The notes beneath the pieces are model-generated. The model was not told the DNA's origin. It worked only from the letters and a program-made list of their open reading frames with translations, and made no database searches. From Planctomycetota bacterium (GTDB lineage: Bacteria > Planctomycetota > PLA2 > JAEUHO01), in NCBI GenBank assembly GCA_965222115.1, contig CBDCTJ010000003.1, positions 160,001-224,000 of the forward strand: a stretch of 64,000 nucleotides of DNA, read 5' to 3'. The stretch's first letter is position 1; each line of letters begins with the position of its first letter. The translations under genes were made by a program, and so were the position numbers. Below, piece after piece: positions 19,705 through 30,416 of the stretch.

Positions 19705-20295
19705 GTTCCCTCCTCATAGGAAGTATGAAAAAACCAAACGCCCGGAAGATCTGAACCCAACCCACAGGTTGCGAACCAAACCCACGCTCCGACACGCGCC
19801 GAAGCATCCCAACCGAGACGTTTTTCGAAAACTTGCCTCTGACGCTTCGACGCGAGCCGTCGCGAATCAGAAACTTCATCCGTCGCAAAACGGATTGGAC
19901 TGCCAGCCACCGAGACGCTCGATTCACGAGCCCCGGTAACCCTGCCGCCCTCCTTCGTCGCCACAGTGTAGGGTACGTCTTGACAGACGCACACCTTTAC
20001 TCATGGAAACCAGTAGAAGATTCAAGCCCACGTAAGGCCGAAATCAATGGTCGGAAAGCCAAACAAGCAGGCTTCTCGGACGAATTCAGGATCGCCGCGT
20101 CTCCAAAATAAAGCCGCGGCGAAGCCCGTCAGATCGGTCGCTCAGGAGTGAGACTTGAGGGTCTCCAACGGGGCTGTCACCGCTGTGTCATCGACTGCAA
20201 TGTCTTTGCGCTGTTCGTGCGTTCTTGTAGTACTCGGATACGGTCTTCGGCGCCCCAATGCGAGGCATCAATTCGGCCCGGGCGAAGGAGTCCAC

Positions 20296-20562
20296 GTGGA
20301 ACAGATAGCCATTCGCCTCACACAGAACGACACGTGGACGTACCTCGCGGGGGATTCGGATGCGAAGAAGGATCTCGAGGTCGTCGTGCGCGCCTTTGAC
20401 CACGATGCGCTAGCACGAACAGGCGCGTCTCAGACCGCACCTGATGGCGAGGAAGTGCTCGTGCCCGTGGGGCAAGGTCGCCGCCTGATCGGTAAACACT
20501 TCTTCGCCAGGCCCGCTGGAAAACACCGCCGCTGTTTGATTTCTTATCGCGGCATTGAGTAG
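20296..20562 (+). CDS. Small hypothetical protein (88 aa)
   Basis: AAGGAG RBS before GTG 20296; globular-looking sequence upstream of the TolC operon. Confidence 0.6.
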   Translation: MEQIAIRLTQNDTWTYLAGDSDAKKDLEVVVRAFDHDALARTGASQTAPDGEEVLVPVGQGRRLIGKHFFARPAGKHRRCLISYRGIE

Positions 20563-20623
20563 TCCGTCCCCGCGTACCGATTCGACACACTAGGGAGACC
20601 TGCCTCCCTACGGAGTCGGTGCT

Positions 20624-22369
20624 GTGCGAAGTCTCCCCTTGCCCGAGTGTTTGCGCGGGTTACTTGTTGCGTTGCTCGCCACCGGTTCATGGGGTTGCCA
20701 GGCGTGGACACCCGCGGCCGCCGATCGCGATGTGTATGGATTGCTTCACCATGCGCGCCAACAGGTACCGGACGTTGCGGGATCGCTGGCGCTGGATCAA
20801 GCGGAACGCGAGGCACGGCCGTATCGCAAAACCTGTGCGCAGCACGTAACGTTGGCGGAAGCGCTGGTTCTTGCCACCAAATCGTCGCGAACGTATCGCA
20901 ATGAACGCGAGTCGGTCTATCTCGCAGCGCTCAATCTGACGCTCGAGCAGAACGCGTTTCGTAAGCAACGATCCGGAAGCGCTTCTCTTGGCCTCGACAT
21001 CGACGAATCAGGTGAAACGCTTGAGGGGGAAGCGCAGTTCGGAGCGAGCAAACGTTGGTCAAATGGCGCGAGCGCAAGCTTCACGAGTCTTACCGACTTC
21101 GTTAAGCAGTTGGCAGAGAACCCCTTAAGCGCCGCACAGATGGTTCTCAATGCCAACTTTACGCTCCCCTTGCTTCGGGGTTCAAGCAAACTGGTGGTGC
21201 GCGAGCCACTCACGCAGGCCGAGCACGAGTTGCTCTACGCGCTTCGTGACTACGCGCGATTTCAGCAAACCTTCACGGTAGATGTTGCGACGCAGTATTA
21301 CCGCATCTTGCAACTCAAAGACATTGCTCGCAATGAGCGCGCATCAGAAGAACGACTTCGACGCTTGGTGGAAGTGCAGACCGACAAAGCAAAAGCGGGT
21401 CGCATTGCACCGTTCCAAGTGGACCAAGCCCGGCAGGACGTTCTACGCGCGCAGGATCGCGTGCAGCGCGCCGACGCCGATTTTCAAAACGCATTGGACG
21501 CGTTCAAGCTCGAGTTGTCCCTGCCGATTTGCGCCAAGCTCGAACTTGACCACAACGAACTTGCCCAGTTGCGTTCACGCGGGTTGCAAGACGCCCCCAT
21601 GCCGCAGCGACGCGCCATTCCCTTGGCATGTCACCATCGATTGGACTTACGGAACGAGCGCAACCGTACGCGCGACGCAAAGCGACAAATCCTCGTCGCA
21701 CGTGACGCGATTCGCGGGCAGTTGGACATTTCGCTTGGACCGCGCCTGGCCACGCCGGATCGCCAACCTTTCAATCTGTTGAATCTCAGTCCGTCGGCAC
21801 TGTTGGGTTTGGAGCTCGACTTGCCCTTGGAACGCACGCAGGAGCGCAACGCATGGCGCCGCGCGTGCCTCGCGGCGGTTCGCGCACGTAGAAGCGAAGA
21901 GCGCCTCAGTGACCAAGTCGTCCTGCAAGTACGTGAGGCCTATCGCCGCATTGAGCGCGCGCGTCGAAGTTTCGATATCCAGAAGGAAGGTGTTGAGGTT
22001 GCCGAACGACGCGTGGAAAGCACAGAGATGCACTTGGAACGTGGCACGGCATCGATTCGCGACCGGCTCGAAGCCGAGGCGTCGTTGGTCCAGGCGCGCA
22101 ATGCGCTAACAAGTGCCCTCGTCGATCACGCATCGATTCGGCTATCGCTCTTGCGCGACATTGGTATCTTGCGTGTGGACGCTGCAGGCCGTTGGGAACA
22201 CGTTCCCCCACCGATCGATGCCCCTGCGGCGGATTCGAAGCAACCCGCGCCAATCGTTCGAAGTGCCGATGTGCCCAATCTCGATGGTGCGCCCTCGCAA
22301 GCACGAGCCCCCCGCTCCGTGCATAGCGAAGGTGATCCCGAAGCGTCATTGGGCACGGCTCGCCGGTAG
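20624..22369 (+). CDS. TolC-family outer membrane efflux protein (likely lipoprotein)
   Basis: Signal ending SWGC, VTLAEAL..A, LPLLRG, VATQYYRIL, RLDLRN, QVREAYR, DRLEAEASL. First gene of the adaptor/ABC operon. Confidence 0.88.
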   Translation: MRSLPLPECLRGLLVALLATGSWGCQAWTPAAADRDVYGLLHHARQQVPDVAGSLALDQAEREARPYRKTCAQHVTLAEALVLATKSSRTYRNERESVYLAALNLTLEQNAFRKQRSGSASLGLDIDESGETLEGEAQFGASKRWSNGASASFTSLTDFVKQLAENPLSAAQMVLNANFTLPLLRGSSKLVVREPLTQAEHELLYALRDYARFQQTFTVDVATQYYRILQLKDIARNERASEERLRRLVEVQTDKAKAGRIAPFQVDQARQDVLRAQDRVQRADADFQNALDAFKLELSLPICAKLELDHNELAQLRSRGLQDAPMPQRRAIPLACHHRLDLRNERNRTRDAKRQILVARDAIRGQLDISLGPRLATPDRQPFNLLNLSPSALLGLELDLPLERTQERNAWRRACLAAVRARRSEERLSDQVVLQVREAYRRIERARRSFDIQKEGVEVAERRVESTEMHLERGTASIRDRLEAEASLVQARNALTSALVDHASIRLSLLRDIGILRVDAAGRWEHVPPPIDAPAADSKQPAPIVRSADVPNLDGAPSQARAPRSVHSEGDPEASLGTARR

Positions 22370-22372
22370 AGT

Positions 22373-24274
22373 GTGGGGATGCCGCCCTCGTTTCCTTATC
22401 GCTTCGCCCACGCACCCCATCGTTCCGGTCCCCCACGCCGTTCGCACACGACGTGGTTGACGTCTGAATATGGTGGCGCTCGACTGGGCCTCTTGGCACT
22501 CGCACTTTTGGCCGGATGTGGATTTGGCGCATGGTGGCTCATGCGTGACGGCACGGCTGCCGAACGGTCCACGTTGTCGTTCACGCCACCGATCGCGCCG
22601 CGCGCGGTAACACTCAACGTGATTGAAAGTGGCAGCCTCGAAGCGTTGAAGTTTCACCGCGTAACCAGCGAAGTGGAGTCGCGCGTTGAAGTGACCTATA
22701 TCGCGCCCGAGGGCAAGATCATTACCGACGAAGACGTACGCAACAAGGTTGTGCTTGTGCGACTCGATGGTTCGACCATTGAAGAAAAGTTACTCGCTCA
22801 AGAGAGCAACGTCATCACTGCCCAAGCAAACTACGACAATGCGATCGCGAGTCGCGATATACAAGTTCAACAGAACGCCAGCGACATTCGCAAGGCGCGC
22901 CTGGATGTTCGTTTCGCACGATTGGACGTCGAGCGCTACGTGGGTACAGCGGCCTGGGAAGACCTTTCCGCGATCCAGGAAATGTCGAAGACCACCGACG
23001 GCGACACATCCACCAAAGGCAATGTGTCTACGGCAAGCGAAAACCTCTTGTCCGCAATCGAGGGGTTGTTGAGTCGCAAGGAACTTGATGGCGAAGCACT
23101 GCAGAAGACGCGCGAACTCGACAGCGCGATTTCACTTGCCCAAGAAGAACACTCCCGCGCCGATGACAAACTCAAGTACTCGGAACGCTTGGAAAAGAAG
23201 GGCTTCATTAGCCGTGATGAACTCCAGGCCGACCGGCTTGCCTTACAGCGTCGGGCGATTGAGTTGGAGTCGGCCAAGACCGCGCGCAATCAGTTCGTAC
23301 GCTACGACTTTCCGAAAGAAGTCGAGCAGTTGCTATCGGATGTATCCGCGGCCGAGGACGCCTTGGCACGCGCCATCGCGAAAGCCAAGTCCGCACGTCG
23401 TCGCGTGGAAGCCGACGTGCAAAACGATCTCACACAGGTCAAGCAACAGACGCGGCGGCGGGATCGCTTCAAGCAGCAACTTGAGCATTGCGAGATTCGG
23501 GCGACCAAGCCGGGGCTTGTGGTGTATGCCAGCAGCGGCAGGGGGCGATGGGGACGCGACGAAGACGAGATTCGAGAAGGCGCCACCGTGCGTCATCGGC
23601 AGACGTTGATTCGCATTCCTGACCCCAAGCGAATGGGCGTTGAAACCACGGTGCACGAAACCGTCGTGGATCGCGTCAAAGTCGGACAACGGGCTTTCGT
23701 CGTGGTCGATGCCGATCCCAATACGCGCCTGAACGCAAGAGTCATCAAAGTGGCGCGTATGCCCAAGCCACCGAACCGGTGGATCAACCCCGATTTGAAA
23801 GTGTATGAAACCACGCTGGAACTCGAGGGCACGCACCCCGAGCTAAAACCTGGCATGAGCGTACAAGTTGAGATTGTGACGCGCACGTTGGACGAGGTGC
23901 TTGCGATTCCAATTCAGTGCCTTGCAGGGCCTGTTGAAACGCCACATGTATATGTTCGACGTACGGACGCCGACGGGCACGAAGCGACGAAGAAGCAACC
24001 CGTTACGCCAGGGCCAACGACCGAGCATCTCGTTGTGATTGAGAGCGGATTGCAGTCGGGGCAACAGGTGTTGCTCAATCCGCCAGAAGAGAAGGCCGAA
24101 GAAAAGAACGTGAATTCGGATAGGCGCGACGCACGACCGCGAGGCGATGGTAAGCGTGCGAACGAAAAGGGGCCCGGCGCCAATACGTCGGGCTCCAGTA
24201 GGCATATGCCGCGAAAGAAGTCCACGCCCGGCGAAACGTCTGGCAAAGGCAAGCCCGCCCGGACGCGGGAGTAG
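22373..24274 (+). CDS. Efflux periplasmic adaptor (HlyD/MacA-like) with long coiled coil
   Basis: N-terminal TM, ESGSLEA, EIRATKPGLVVY, VKVGQRA, LKPGMSVQVEI, IESGL..GQQV. Confidence 0.9.
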   Translation: MGMPPSFPYRFAHAPHRSGPPRRSHTTWLTSEYGGARLGLLALALLAGCGFGAWWLMRDGTAAERSTLSFTPPIAPRAVTLNVIESGSLEALKFHRVTSEVESRVEVTYIAPEGKIITDEDVRNKVVLVRLDGSTIEEKLLAQESNVITAQANYDNAIASRDIQVQQNASDIRKARLDVRFARLDVERYVGTAAWEDLSAIQEMSKTTDGDTSTKGNVSTASENLLSAIEGLLSRKELDGEALQKTRELDSAISLAQEEHSRADDKLKYSERLEKKGFISRDELQADRLALQRRAIELESAKTARNQFVRYDFPKEVEQLLSDVSAAEDALARAIAKAKSARRRVEADVQNDLTQVKQQTRRRDRFKQQLEHCEIRATKPGLVVYASSGRGRWGRDEDEIREGATVRHRQTLIRIPDPKRMGVETTVHETVVDRVKVGQRAFVVVDADPNTRLNARVIKVARMPKPPNRWINPDLKVYETTLELEGTHPELKPGMSVQVEIVTRTLDEVLAIPIQCLAGPVETPHVYVRRTDADGHEATKKQPVTPGPTTEHLVVIESGLQSGQQVLLNPPEEKAEEKNVNSDRRDARPRGDGKRANEKGPGANTSGSSRHMPRKKSTPGETSGKGKPARTRE

Positions 24275-24283
24275 TTCCCACAC

Positions 24284-25003
24284 ATGGCGGAAACGTCGCT
24301 ACCGATTGCGCCCGCCACGACCGACGTGGTTGCACTTGTGGATGCCCGTCGCACCTATGCAATGGGTGACAGCGAAGTACACGCACTCGATGGCGTCAAT
24401 CTGACCGTGCCACCAGGCGAGTACCTCGCCATTATGGGACAGTCCGGATCCGGCAAGAGCACCATGCTCAACATTCTTGGTTGTTTGGATCGACTGACAA
24501 GCGGGCACTATCGTTTGGATGGCAACGACGTGAGCGCGCTCGACGACAGCAGTCTGTCGCGTATGCGCAATCGACGGCTCGGTTTCGTATTTCAGTCCTA
24601 CAACTTAATCCCTCACCTAACGGTTCTCGAAAACATCGAAGTCCCTATGGAATACGCGGCCGTATCACGCAGTGCCGCCCGTGCACGCGCGATCGAACTC
24701 GCCACCCGCATGGGACTCGATCAACGCATGCGTCACCGCCCCACCGAACTCTCGGGCGGCCAGCAACAGCGTGTGGCCATTGCCCGTGCCCTGGCGAACG
24801 CACCGTCGGTGATCCTTGCCGATGAACCCACCGGCAACCTGGACTCCGCCACAGGCCGCGAAATTTTGAATCTACTCGATGACTTGAGTACGGCGGGCAA
24901 CACGCTGATCGTTGTGACGCACGATCCAAGTGTGGCGGCCCACGCACACCGCACCATTCACATGCTCGACGGGCGCATCGACCGCGAAGAGAGGCGTTCA
25001 TGA
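24284..25003 (+). CDS. ABC transporter ATP-binding protein (MacB/LolD-like)
   Basis: [47 protein letters not shown]. Confidence 0.96.
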   Translation: MAETSLPIAPATTDVVALVDARRTYAMGDSEVHALDGVNLTVPPGEYLAIMGQSGSGKSTMLNILGCLDRLTSGHYRLDGNDVSALDDSSLSRMRNRRLGFVFQSYNLIPHLTVLENIEVPMEYAAVSRSAARARAIELATRMGLDQRMRHRPTELSGGQQQRVAIARALANAPSVILADEPTGNLDSATGREILNLLDDLSTAGNTLIVVTHDPSVAAHAHRTIHMLDGRIDREERRS

Positions 25004-26271
25004 GACTCGGGCGACTGTTTCGCTTGGCGTGCAAGAGCCTGTGGCTGCACCGCTTGCGCTCACTACTCACGGTGTTGGGCATTGTCTTCGGCGTGGGCAG
25101 CGTCGTCGCCATGTTGGCCATCGGCGAGGGCGCCAGCCAAGAGGCACAAGAACAGATTCGCCGCATGGGCAGTCGCAACATATTGCTTGCATCGGTACCG
25201 CCTCCCGATGAAGGCGACGCGTCGCAGGAGAACTCGCGAGTAAGTGCGTATGGACTGCTGCAGAGTGATCTGGAGGGCATGCGCGAGACCATTCAGGGCA
25301 TTCGGCGCTTTGTGCCACGGCGCGACATCCCCTCCGAGGCGCGCTACGGGCGTCGAAAGTTCAATACGGTCATCATGGGCACCACCCATGACTACGTAGA
25401 ACTCGCCAACCTCCAATTGGCGACCGGACGCTTTCTCAATGCCCGTGATGCTGCCTATCGCGCCTCCGTGTGCGTGTTGGGAGCCAGCGTGCGCGACGCA
25501 TTGTTCAAGAACATCGATCCCGTGGGACTTCAGCTTCGTATCGGTCGCAACAGTTTTCGAATTGTGGGTACGCTTGAAACGCGCGGCGAAGGGACCGGCG
25601 CCACGGCGGGCTACGGCGGCGAGTCGGATGCGGCCGTGTTCATTCCATTGGAGACCATGAAGCGGCGCTACGGCCAAGTCATTCGACACAACTCAAGCGG
25701 AAGTTGGACGCGCGAACGCATCGAATTGCATCGCATCACCGTTGAATCCGAAAGTGACCACGAGGATGACATTGCCCGCACCGCGGCAGCGCTTCGACAT
25801 TTCCTCAAAGGTCGTCATCCGAAGAACGATGTGCGCGTCACCGTTCCGCAAGAACTGCTGCGACAAGCGCGTGAAACGAAACGGCGCTTCACGATTATCT
25901 TGGGTTCCATCGCTGCCATCTCGTTGCTCGTGGGTGGGATCGGCATTATGAACATCATGCTCGCCACCGTGGTTGAACGAACACGCGAAGTGGGTGTGCG
26001 GCGAGCGCTCGGTGCGCGACGAAGTCACATTATTGCGCAATTCCTCTCTGAAACGGTGTTGCTCTCCATTGGCGGCGGCCTGCTTGGATTGGCGCTGGGG
26101 GTTGCACTACCCAAACTCGTCACCAAGTTCTTTCACATGGCCACCGTTGTGGATCCCCGCTTCCTCATTCTTGCTTTCGGCATTTCGGCGCTCGTGGGCT
26201 TGGTCTTCGGTATGTATCCGGCAATTCGCGCGGCGGACTTGGATCCCGTGGAAGCGTTGCGACACGAGTAG
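25000..26271 (+). CDS. MacB-type ABC transporter permease
   Basis: RSLLTVLGIVFGVGSVVAM, ISLLVGGIGIMNIMLATVVERTREVG, PA.RAA.LDPVEALR. ATGA overlap with the ATPase gene. Confidence 0.95.
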   Translation: MRLGRLFRLACKSLWLHRLRSLLTVLGIVFGVGSVVAMLAIGEGASQEAQEQIRRMGSRNILLASVPPPDEGDASQENSRVSAYGLLQSDLEGMRETIQGIRRFVPRRDIPSEARYGRRKFNTVIMGTTHDYVELANLQLATGRFLNARDAAYRASVCVLGASVRDALFKNIDPVGLQLRIGRNSFRIVGTLETRGEGTGATAGYGGESDAAVFIPLETMKRRYGQVIRHNSSGSWTRERIELHRITVESESDHEDDIARTAAALRHFLKGRHPKNDVRVTVPQELLRQARETKRRFTIILGSIAAISLLVGGIGIMNIMLATVVERTREVGVRRALGARRSHIIAQFLSETVLLSIGGGLLGLALGVALPKLVTKFFHMATVVDPRFLILAFGISALVGLVFGMYPAIRAADLDPVEALRHE

Positions 26272-26273
26272 CG

Positions 26274-27740
26274 TTACTTGGTCAAACTCATACGCAACAC
26301 ACGCACCAACTCATTGGCCACTACCTCGTGACCTGCAGGGGACCAATGTTGATCATAGGTAAAGTACGTCTGCATGCCCTCTTGCGTAGCACCACGCAGC
26401 GGCTCCGTAAGTGATACAAACGAAATTTCGTTCCGCTCGCAGAACGTGCGAGTGGTGTCTTCCAGTGTGTCAAGATTGTCGTTCACGACGTCCTTTACCA
26501 ACGAAACATCTGGCGCGTTGCGCGTTTGATAAGAGAGAAAACGGTGAAGTGATGCCGCGTCAACGCTGTCGGCCACCAGGGGATACACCACGTGTGGCTT
26601 GCTGGGCGCGTAGAGCAGATGCAATGAACACGCATGGGCATCACACAGTGCTTTGAGACGCGCAAACGCACCGGCCGTATCAGTCCAACCGCGGCTCGCA
26701 CGGAACGCATCCGGTGTCTTCATGAGGCGCAGGAGGCGCTTCGGTTTGTAGCTGTAATAGGCGGTTCGTTGCTGGGAAGAGACTCGGTGCGGCATCCAGT
26801 CGAGTCCGTGCCAACCGCCGACCATCGAGTTCGCCCCAACGCCGCCTAACGATGAGATCGCTGCGCGCTTGAGTCCAAGATAGATCGCCGACGTTTCGAC
26901 AATTCGTTCGAGCCGCGCTGACAACGAAGGTGTTGCTCGGTCGCCCGTGCGACGCGATCCCTTGAAGTCGTTGCCTTCATACACCATCAGCAAAACGTGC
27001 TTCGGTCGTAGCGTCTCGATGTGCGCCTCAAGCGCGGCGATTGCACCATCCGGATTGGCGCCTGAAATCGCGAGGTTGTATAGCGACACGCCCAATGTAC
27101 TCGCTAGGCGCCGCGGCCAGGTTGCCTCATCCGATACGCGCGATCCCTCCGCAAAGGAATCCCCAAGCACGACTACGTCGTAGCCTTCCGTGGGCGCCTC
27201 CGCGTGTTGGAGATTTCGAAATCCTCGTTCGTCCGTCGTGAGCGTGGCCTCGACCGTGCCATAGCCATCTGGAGCGTTGGGGTAGCTGCGCCGCGCTTCG
27301 GGTCGGTCCGTGTAGGTAACTTCGTATCGTCTGTTGGGTGGTCGCGAACGATACGTCGATAGCACGTGATCCCGTGGCCAATGGTCCATTTGTGCAACGG
27401 ACGACGTAACGTAGCGCGGTTTGCGCAGCATTCGTCCAACCACCTCAACCGCCACCACTCCGATGACCAATGCGAAGATCAGCGCAATCAACCGAAATGC
27501 AATCTGCCGACGCGACTTGGTCTTCCTCAACCACCAACACCATGCAGCGATTAGAAAGAATGGCGTGGTTAGGCATGCGAGCACGAGAAAGTGATTGACG
27601 TGATAGGCGTTGAGAATCACAGGCTCTTGGCGCGCAATCAACGCGGCCACATCGCTCGTGAAAAACCAAGGCGCTACGGCTCCGACGAGCGATAGCAACA
27701 CCATCCACGTGCATCGCGAACGATGATCCATGCGTGCCAT
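26274..27740 (-). CDS. Membrane-anchored SGNH/GDSL hydrolase (AlgX-like)
   Basis: N-terminal TM helices, VLGDSFAEG, YNLAISG, YEGND, DQHWSPAGH. Confidence 0.85.
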   Translation of the reverse strand: MARMDHRSRCTWMVLLSLVGAVAPWFFTSDVAALIARQEPVILNAYHVNHFLVLACLTTPFFLIAAWCWWLRKTKSRRQIAFRLIALIFALVIGVVAVEVVGRMLRKPRYVTSSVAQMDHWPRDHVLSTYRSRPPNRRYEVTYTDRPEARRSYPNAPDGYGTVEATLTTDERGFRNLQHAEAPTEGYDVVVLGDSFAEGSRVSDEATWPRRLASTLGVSLYNLAISGANPDGAIAALEAHIETLRPKHVLLMVYEGNDFKGSRRTGDRATPSLSARLERIVETSAIYLGLKRAAISSLGGVGANSMVGGWHGLDWMPHRVSSQQRTAYYSYKPKRLLRLMKTPDAFRASRGWTDTAGAFARLKALCDAHACSLHLLYAPSKPHVVYPLVADSVDAASLHRFLSYQTRNAPDVSLVKDVVNDNLDTLEDTTRTFCERNEISFVSLTEPLRGATQEGMQTYFTYDQHWSPAGHEVVANELVRVLRMSLTK

Positions 27741-27744
27741 TCTG

Positions 27745-27969
27745 TTAAAAGAGCGGATAGAGGAAGGGACCGACGCCTGCGCCCGCCATGACCACCAGCA
27801 CACCCAACACGCCAATGACGAGGAGTAGCGGGAGCAGCCACCACTTCTTGTTGTGTTTCAGGAACGCCCAAAACTCGGACAGCACGCCCTGTCGTTCGCC
27901 CTCCGCGAGTGCGGCGAAGTCGTCATGGGGTGCAGACTCGTCTTCAGTTGGCGTCGATTGCTCGGTCAT
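27745..27969 (-). CDS. DUF5989-like small membrane protein (SxtK-like)
   Basis: EFWAFLKHNKKWWLLPLL...PFLYPLF in typical carbamoyltransferase context. Confidence 0.85.
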   Translation of the reverse strand: MTEQSTPTEDESAPHDDFAALAEGERQGVLSEFWAFLKHNKKWWLLPLLLVIGVLGVLVVMAGAGVGPFLYPLF

Positions 27970-28032
27970 CGTGTCCTCGATTGCGTTCTAGTTTCCCCGC
28001 CGCCACGGGCACGCGAAGAGAATTTGGCCGAT

Positions 28033-28452
28033 TCAAAACTGACGAAAGTAGCGCCGCAGGTCGCCTACGGATTCGCGTGGTACCCAGTAGGTTTCTGCCT
28101 GGGGATCCAAGCGCCGCGTCAAGGCATCGCGCCCCATAAGTCGAAAGACAAGTCCCAGCGGTGTCATCAAACCAAAATAGATGAATCCCAAGACGAGATA
28201 GGAGATCACGAGTCCTATAGGAAACGTCAACACCGTCAGCGCGAGGTAGAGCGGCAGATTCCACTTCGGTGCGATCCATGCACACAGCGCGCAGAACAGT
28301 GCAAGCCCGCCAGCCGTCCATGGCAGCCACCCCGGCGACCAGCCCTTCAAGGCGGCCCATGCAGCGAGGCCCCCAAAGAAAGCGGCCCCCACCGCGCTAA
28401 AGCGCCGAAGCATGGTGGTGCCGGGATTCCAATCTATGTCGATCATCGCCAT
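28033..28452 (-). CDS. SxtJ-family membrane protein
   Basis: LRRF, PIGLVIS...IYFGLMTPLGLVFRLMGRDAL, TYW, RYFRQF. Confidence 0.85.
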   Translation of the reverse strand: MAMIDIDWNPGTTMLRRFSAVGAAFFGGLAAWAALKGWSPGWLPWTAGGLALFCALCAWIAPKWNLPLYLALTVLTFPIGLVISYLVLGFIYFGLMTPLGLVFRLMGRDALTRRLDPQAETYWVPRESVGDLRRYFRQF

Positions 28453-28457
28453 TGGGG

Positions 28458-30281
28458 CTAGTCCAGTGCAAAAGTTGAGGGGAGCGCGTGACTCGTTACG
28501 AGTTCCTGCGGTTGCCGATCCTTCCGCAAGACCGCACGACCCAAGACCAGTACGTCCATGTGCGTCGCCAGGAAGCAACGCAGCGCGTCGGCCGGAGTAC
28601 ATACAATGGGTTCGCCGCGCACATTGAAGCTCGTGTTGATCAACATGGGGCAGCCCGTGAGGTGTTCAAACGCCTTCAAGATGGCCCAATAGCGGGGATT
28701 ACGGGCCTGATCCACCGTCTGCACGCGCGCCGACCCGTCCACATGCGTGATGGCGGGCACGTCGGAGCGAACCTGCTTGAGCTTGTCAAAGCCTCGTGCG
28801 TGTTCTTCGACGCGGTGTCGCTTATCCGCATGAACCGGAGCGACAAGTAGCATGTAGGGACTCTCGTGGCGCGCGTCCAACTCGAACCACGAGGCTGCGG
28901 CGTCCCGCAGCACACTCGGCGCAAAGGGTCGAAACGACTCTCGAAACTTGATCTTTCGATTGATCAACGACTGCATCTTTGGCGAACGCGGGTCCCCCAA
29001 AATGCTCCGATTGCCGAGCGCCCGGGGGCCAAACTCCATGCGGCCATGCATGTGCCCAACCACATGACCGTCGGCAATAGCCTGCGCGACGTGTTCGGCA
29101 AGGGCATCCTCGGTGTCGATCACATCGAAGACGGCTCCTGCTTCGCGCAACGTGTGCTCGATCTCGTGCTGATCGTAGGACGGGCCCAAGAGCGATGCGT
29201 GTTGCTGATCGGGGAGCATCACCGTTCTTGGCTTGTTCAGCAGTTGATACCAAACGAAGAGCGCCGCACCAAGCGCCCCGCCCGCATCGCCGGACGCCGG
29301 TTGAATCCAAACGCGATCAAACGGTCCTTCTCGAATGATACGCCCGTTGCCTACACAGTTCAGGGCCACACCGCCCGCGAGTACAAGGTTGGGCGACCCT
29401 GTCATGTCATGCGCGTGCCTTGCCGAACGCAACATGATGTCTTCGGTCACGCATTGCACACTCGCGGCCAAGTCCATCTCACGCTGCGTCATACGCGATT
29501 CGGGGGCACGCGCCGGACCGCCAAACAACTTCGCAAACCGCTTGTTGGTCATAAACGGCGTGTTCAAGTAGCCAAAATACTTCATGTCGAGACGAAAGGA
29601 ACCGTCTGGACGCAAGTCGATCAAATGGTCGCGAATCACCTGTTCGTAGCGCGGCTCCCCGTAGGGCGCCAAACCCATGAGTTTGTATTCGCCGCTGTTC
29701 ACCTTGAAGCCACAAAACCACGTAAACGCAGAGTACAACAATCCGACCGAGTGTGGAAAGCGAAGCTCCTTCAATAGCCGGATTCGATTTCCCGTGCCGT
29801 GGCCAATGCTCCCGGTGGCCCACTCCCCCACTCCATCCAATGTGAGAATCGCCGCGTCGTCAAATGGCGACGGGAAATAGGCACTGGCGGCGTGCGATTC
29901 ATGATGTTCCGTGAATACATAGCGCCCTTGAAACGCCTTGTTTAAACCGCGATCGAGCGCGGCGGGTGTCCGCAGCTTTCGCTTCAACCACACGGGCAAG
30001 CCGCGTTGAAACATGCGAAACCCGCGAGGCGCCGTCGCGACCCAGGTCTCCAACAAGCGCTCAAACTTCGTAAGCGGTTTGTCGTAAAACGCGACATGGT
30101 CAAGGGCATCGGCAGCGATGCCGGCTTCGTCCAAAACGTACTGAACCGCGTGCGCAGGAAACGCGTCGTCGTGCTTCTTGCGGGTAAAGCGCTCCTCTTG
30201 TGCAGCGGCCACCACCACACCATCGCGAACCAAGCACGCCGCGCTATCGTGGTAGAAGGCTGAGATGCCTAAGATGTTCAC
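28458..30281 (-). CDS. O-carbamoyltransferase (NodU/CmcH family)
   Basis: ILGISAFYHDSAA, EERFTRKKHD, HHESHAASA, EYKLMGLAPYG, GGVALNC, EFGPRALGNRS, RESFRPFAPS, NTSFNVRGEP. Confidence 0.96.
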   Translation of the reverse strand: MNILGISAFYHDSAACLVRDGVVVAAAQEERFTRKKHDDAFPAHAVQYVLDEAGIAADALDHVAFYDKPLTKFERLLETWVATAPRGFRMFQRGLPVWLKRKLRTPAALDRGLNKAFQGRYVFTEHHESHAASAYFPSPFDDAAILTLDGVGEWATGSIGHGTGNRIRLLKELRFPHSVGLLYSAFTWFCGFKVNSGEYKLMGLAPYGEPRYEQVIRDHLIDLRPDGSFRLDMKYFGYLNTPFMTNKRFAKLFGGPARAPESRMTQREMDLAASVQCVTEDIMLRSARHAHDMTGSPNLVLAGGVALNCVGNGRIIREGPFDRVWIQPASGDAGGALGAALFVWYQLLNKPRTVMLPDQQHASLLGPSYDQHEIEHTLREAGAVFDVIDTEDALAEHVAQAIADGHVVGHMHGRMEFGPRALGNRSILGDPRSPKMQSLINRKIKFRESFRPFAPSVLRDAAASWFELDARHESPYMLLVAPVHADKRHRVEEHARGFDKLKQVRSDVPAITHVDGSARVQTVDQARNPRYWAILKAFEHLTGCPMLINTSFNVRGEPIVCTPADALRCFLATHMDVLVLGRAVLRKDRQPQELVTSHALPSTFALD

Positions 30282-30416
30282 AGGCTGTCCATTGGCGGAG
30301 TGGTCCTTGGTGTCGCAGCGAAGGTGCCGGTAGATGTAGACGCACCTTTTACCCGCAAAGTGCGCAATGCCTCGCGCGGAGTTGTCGCAGATTCGGCAAC
30401 TCGATACAGTCGCACG

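Noticed and set aside
26274-30281. Saxitoxin biosynthesis cluster
   Set aside because: No sxtA-like PKS, amidinotransferase or other core genes are present, and this cassette is widespread without them.
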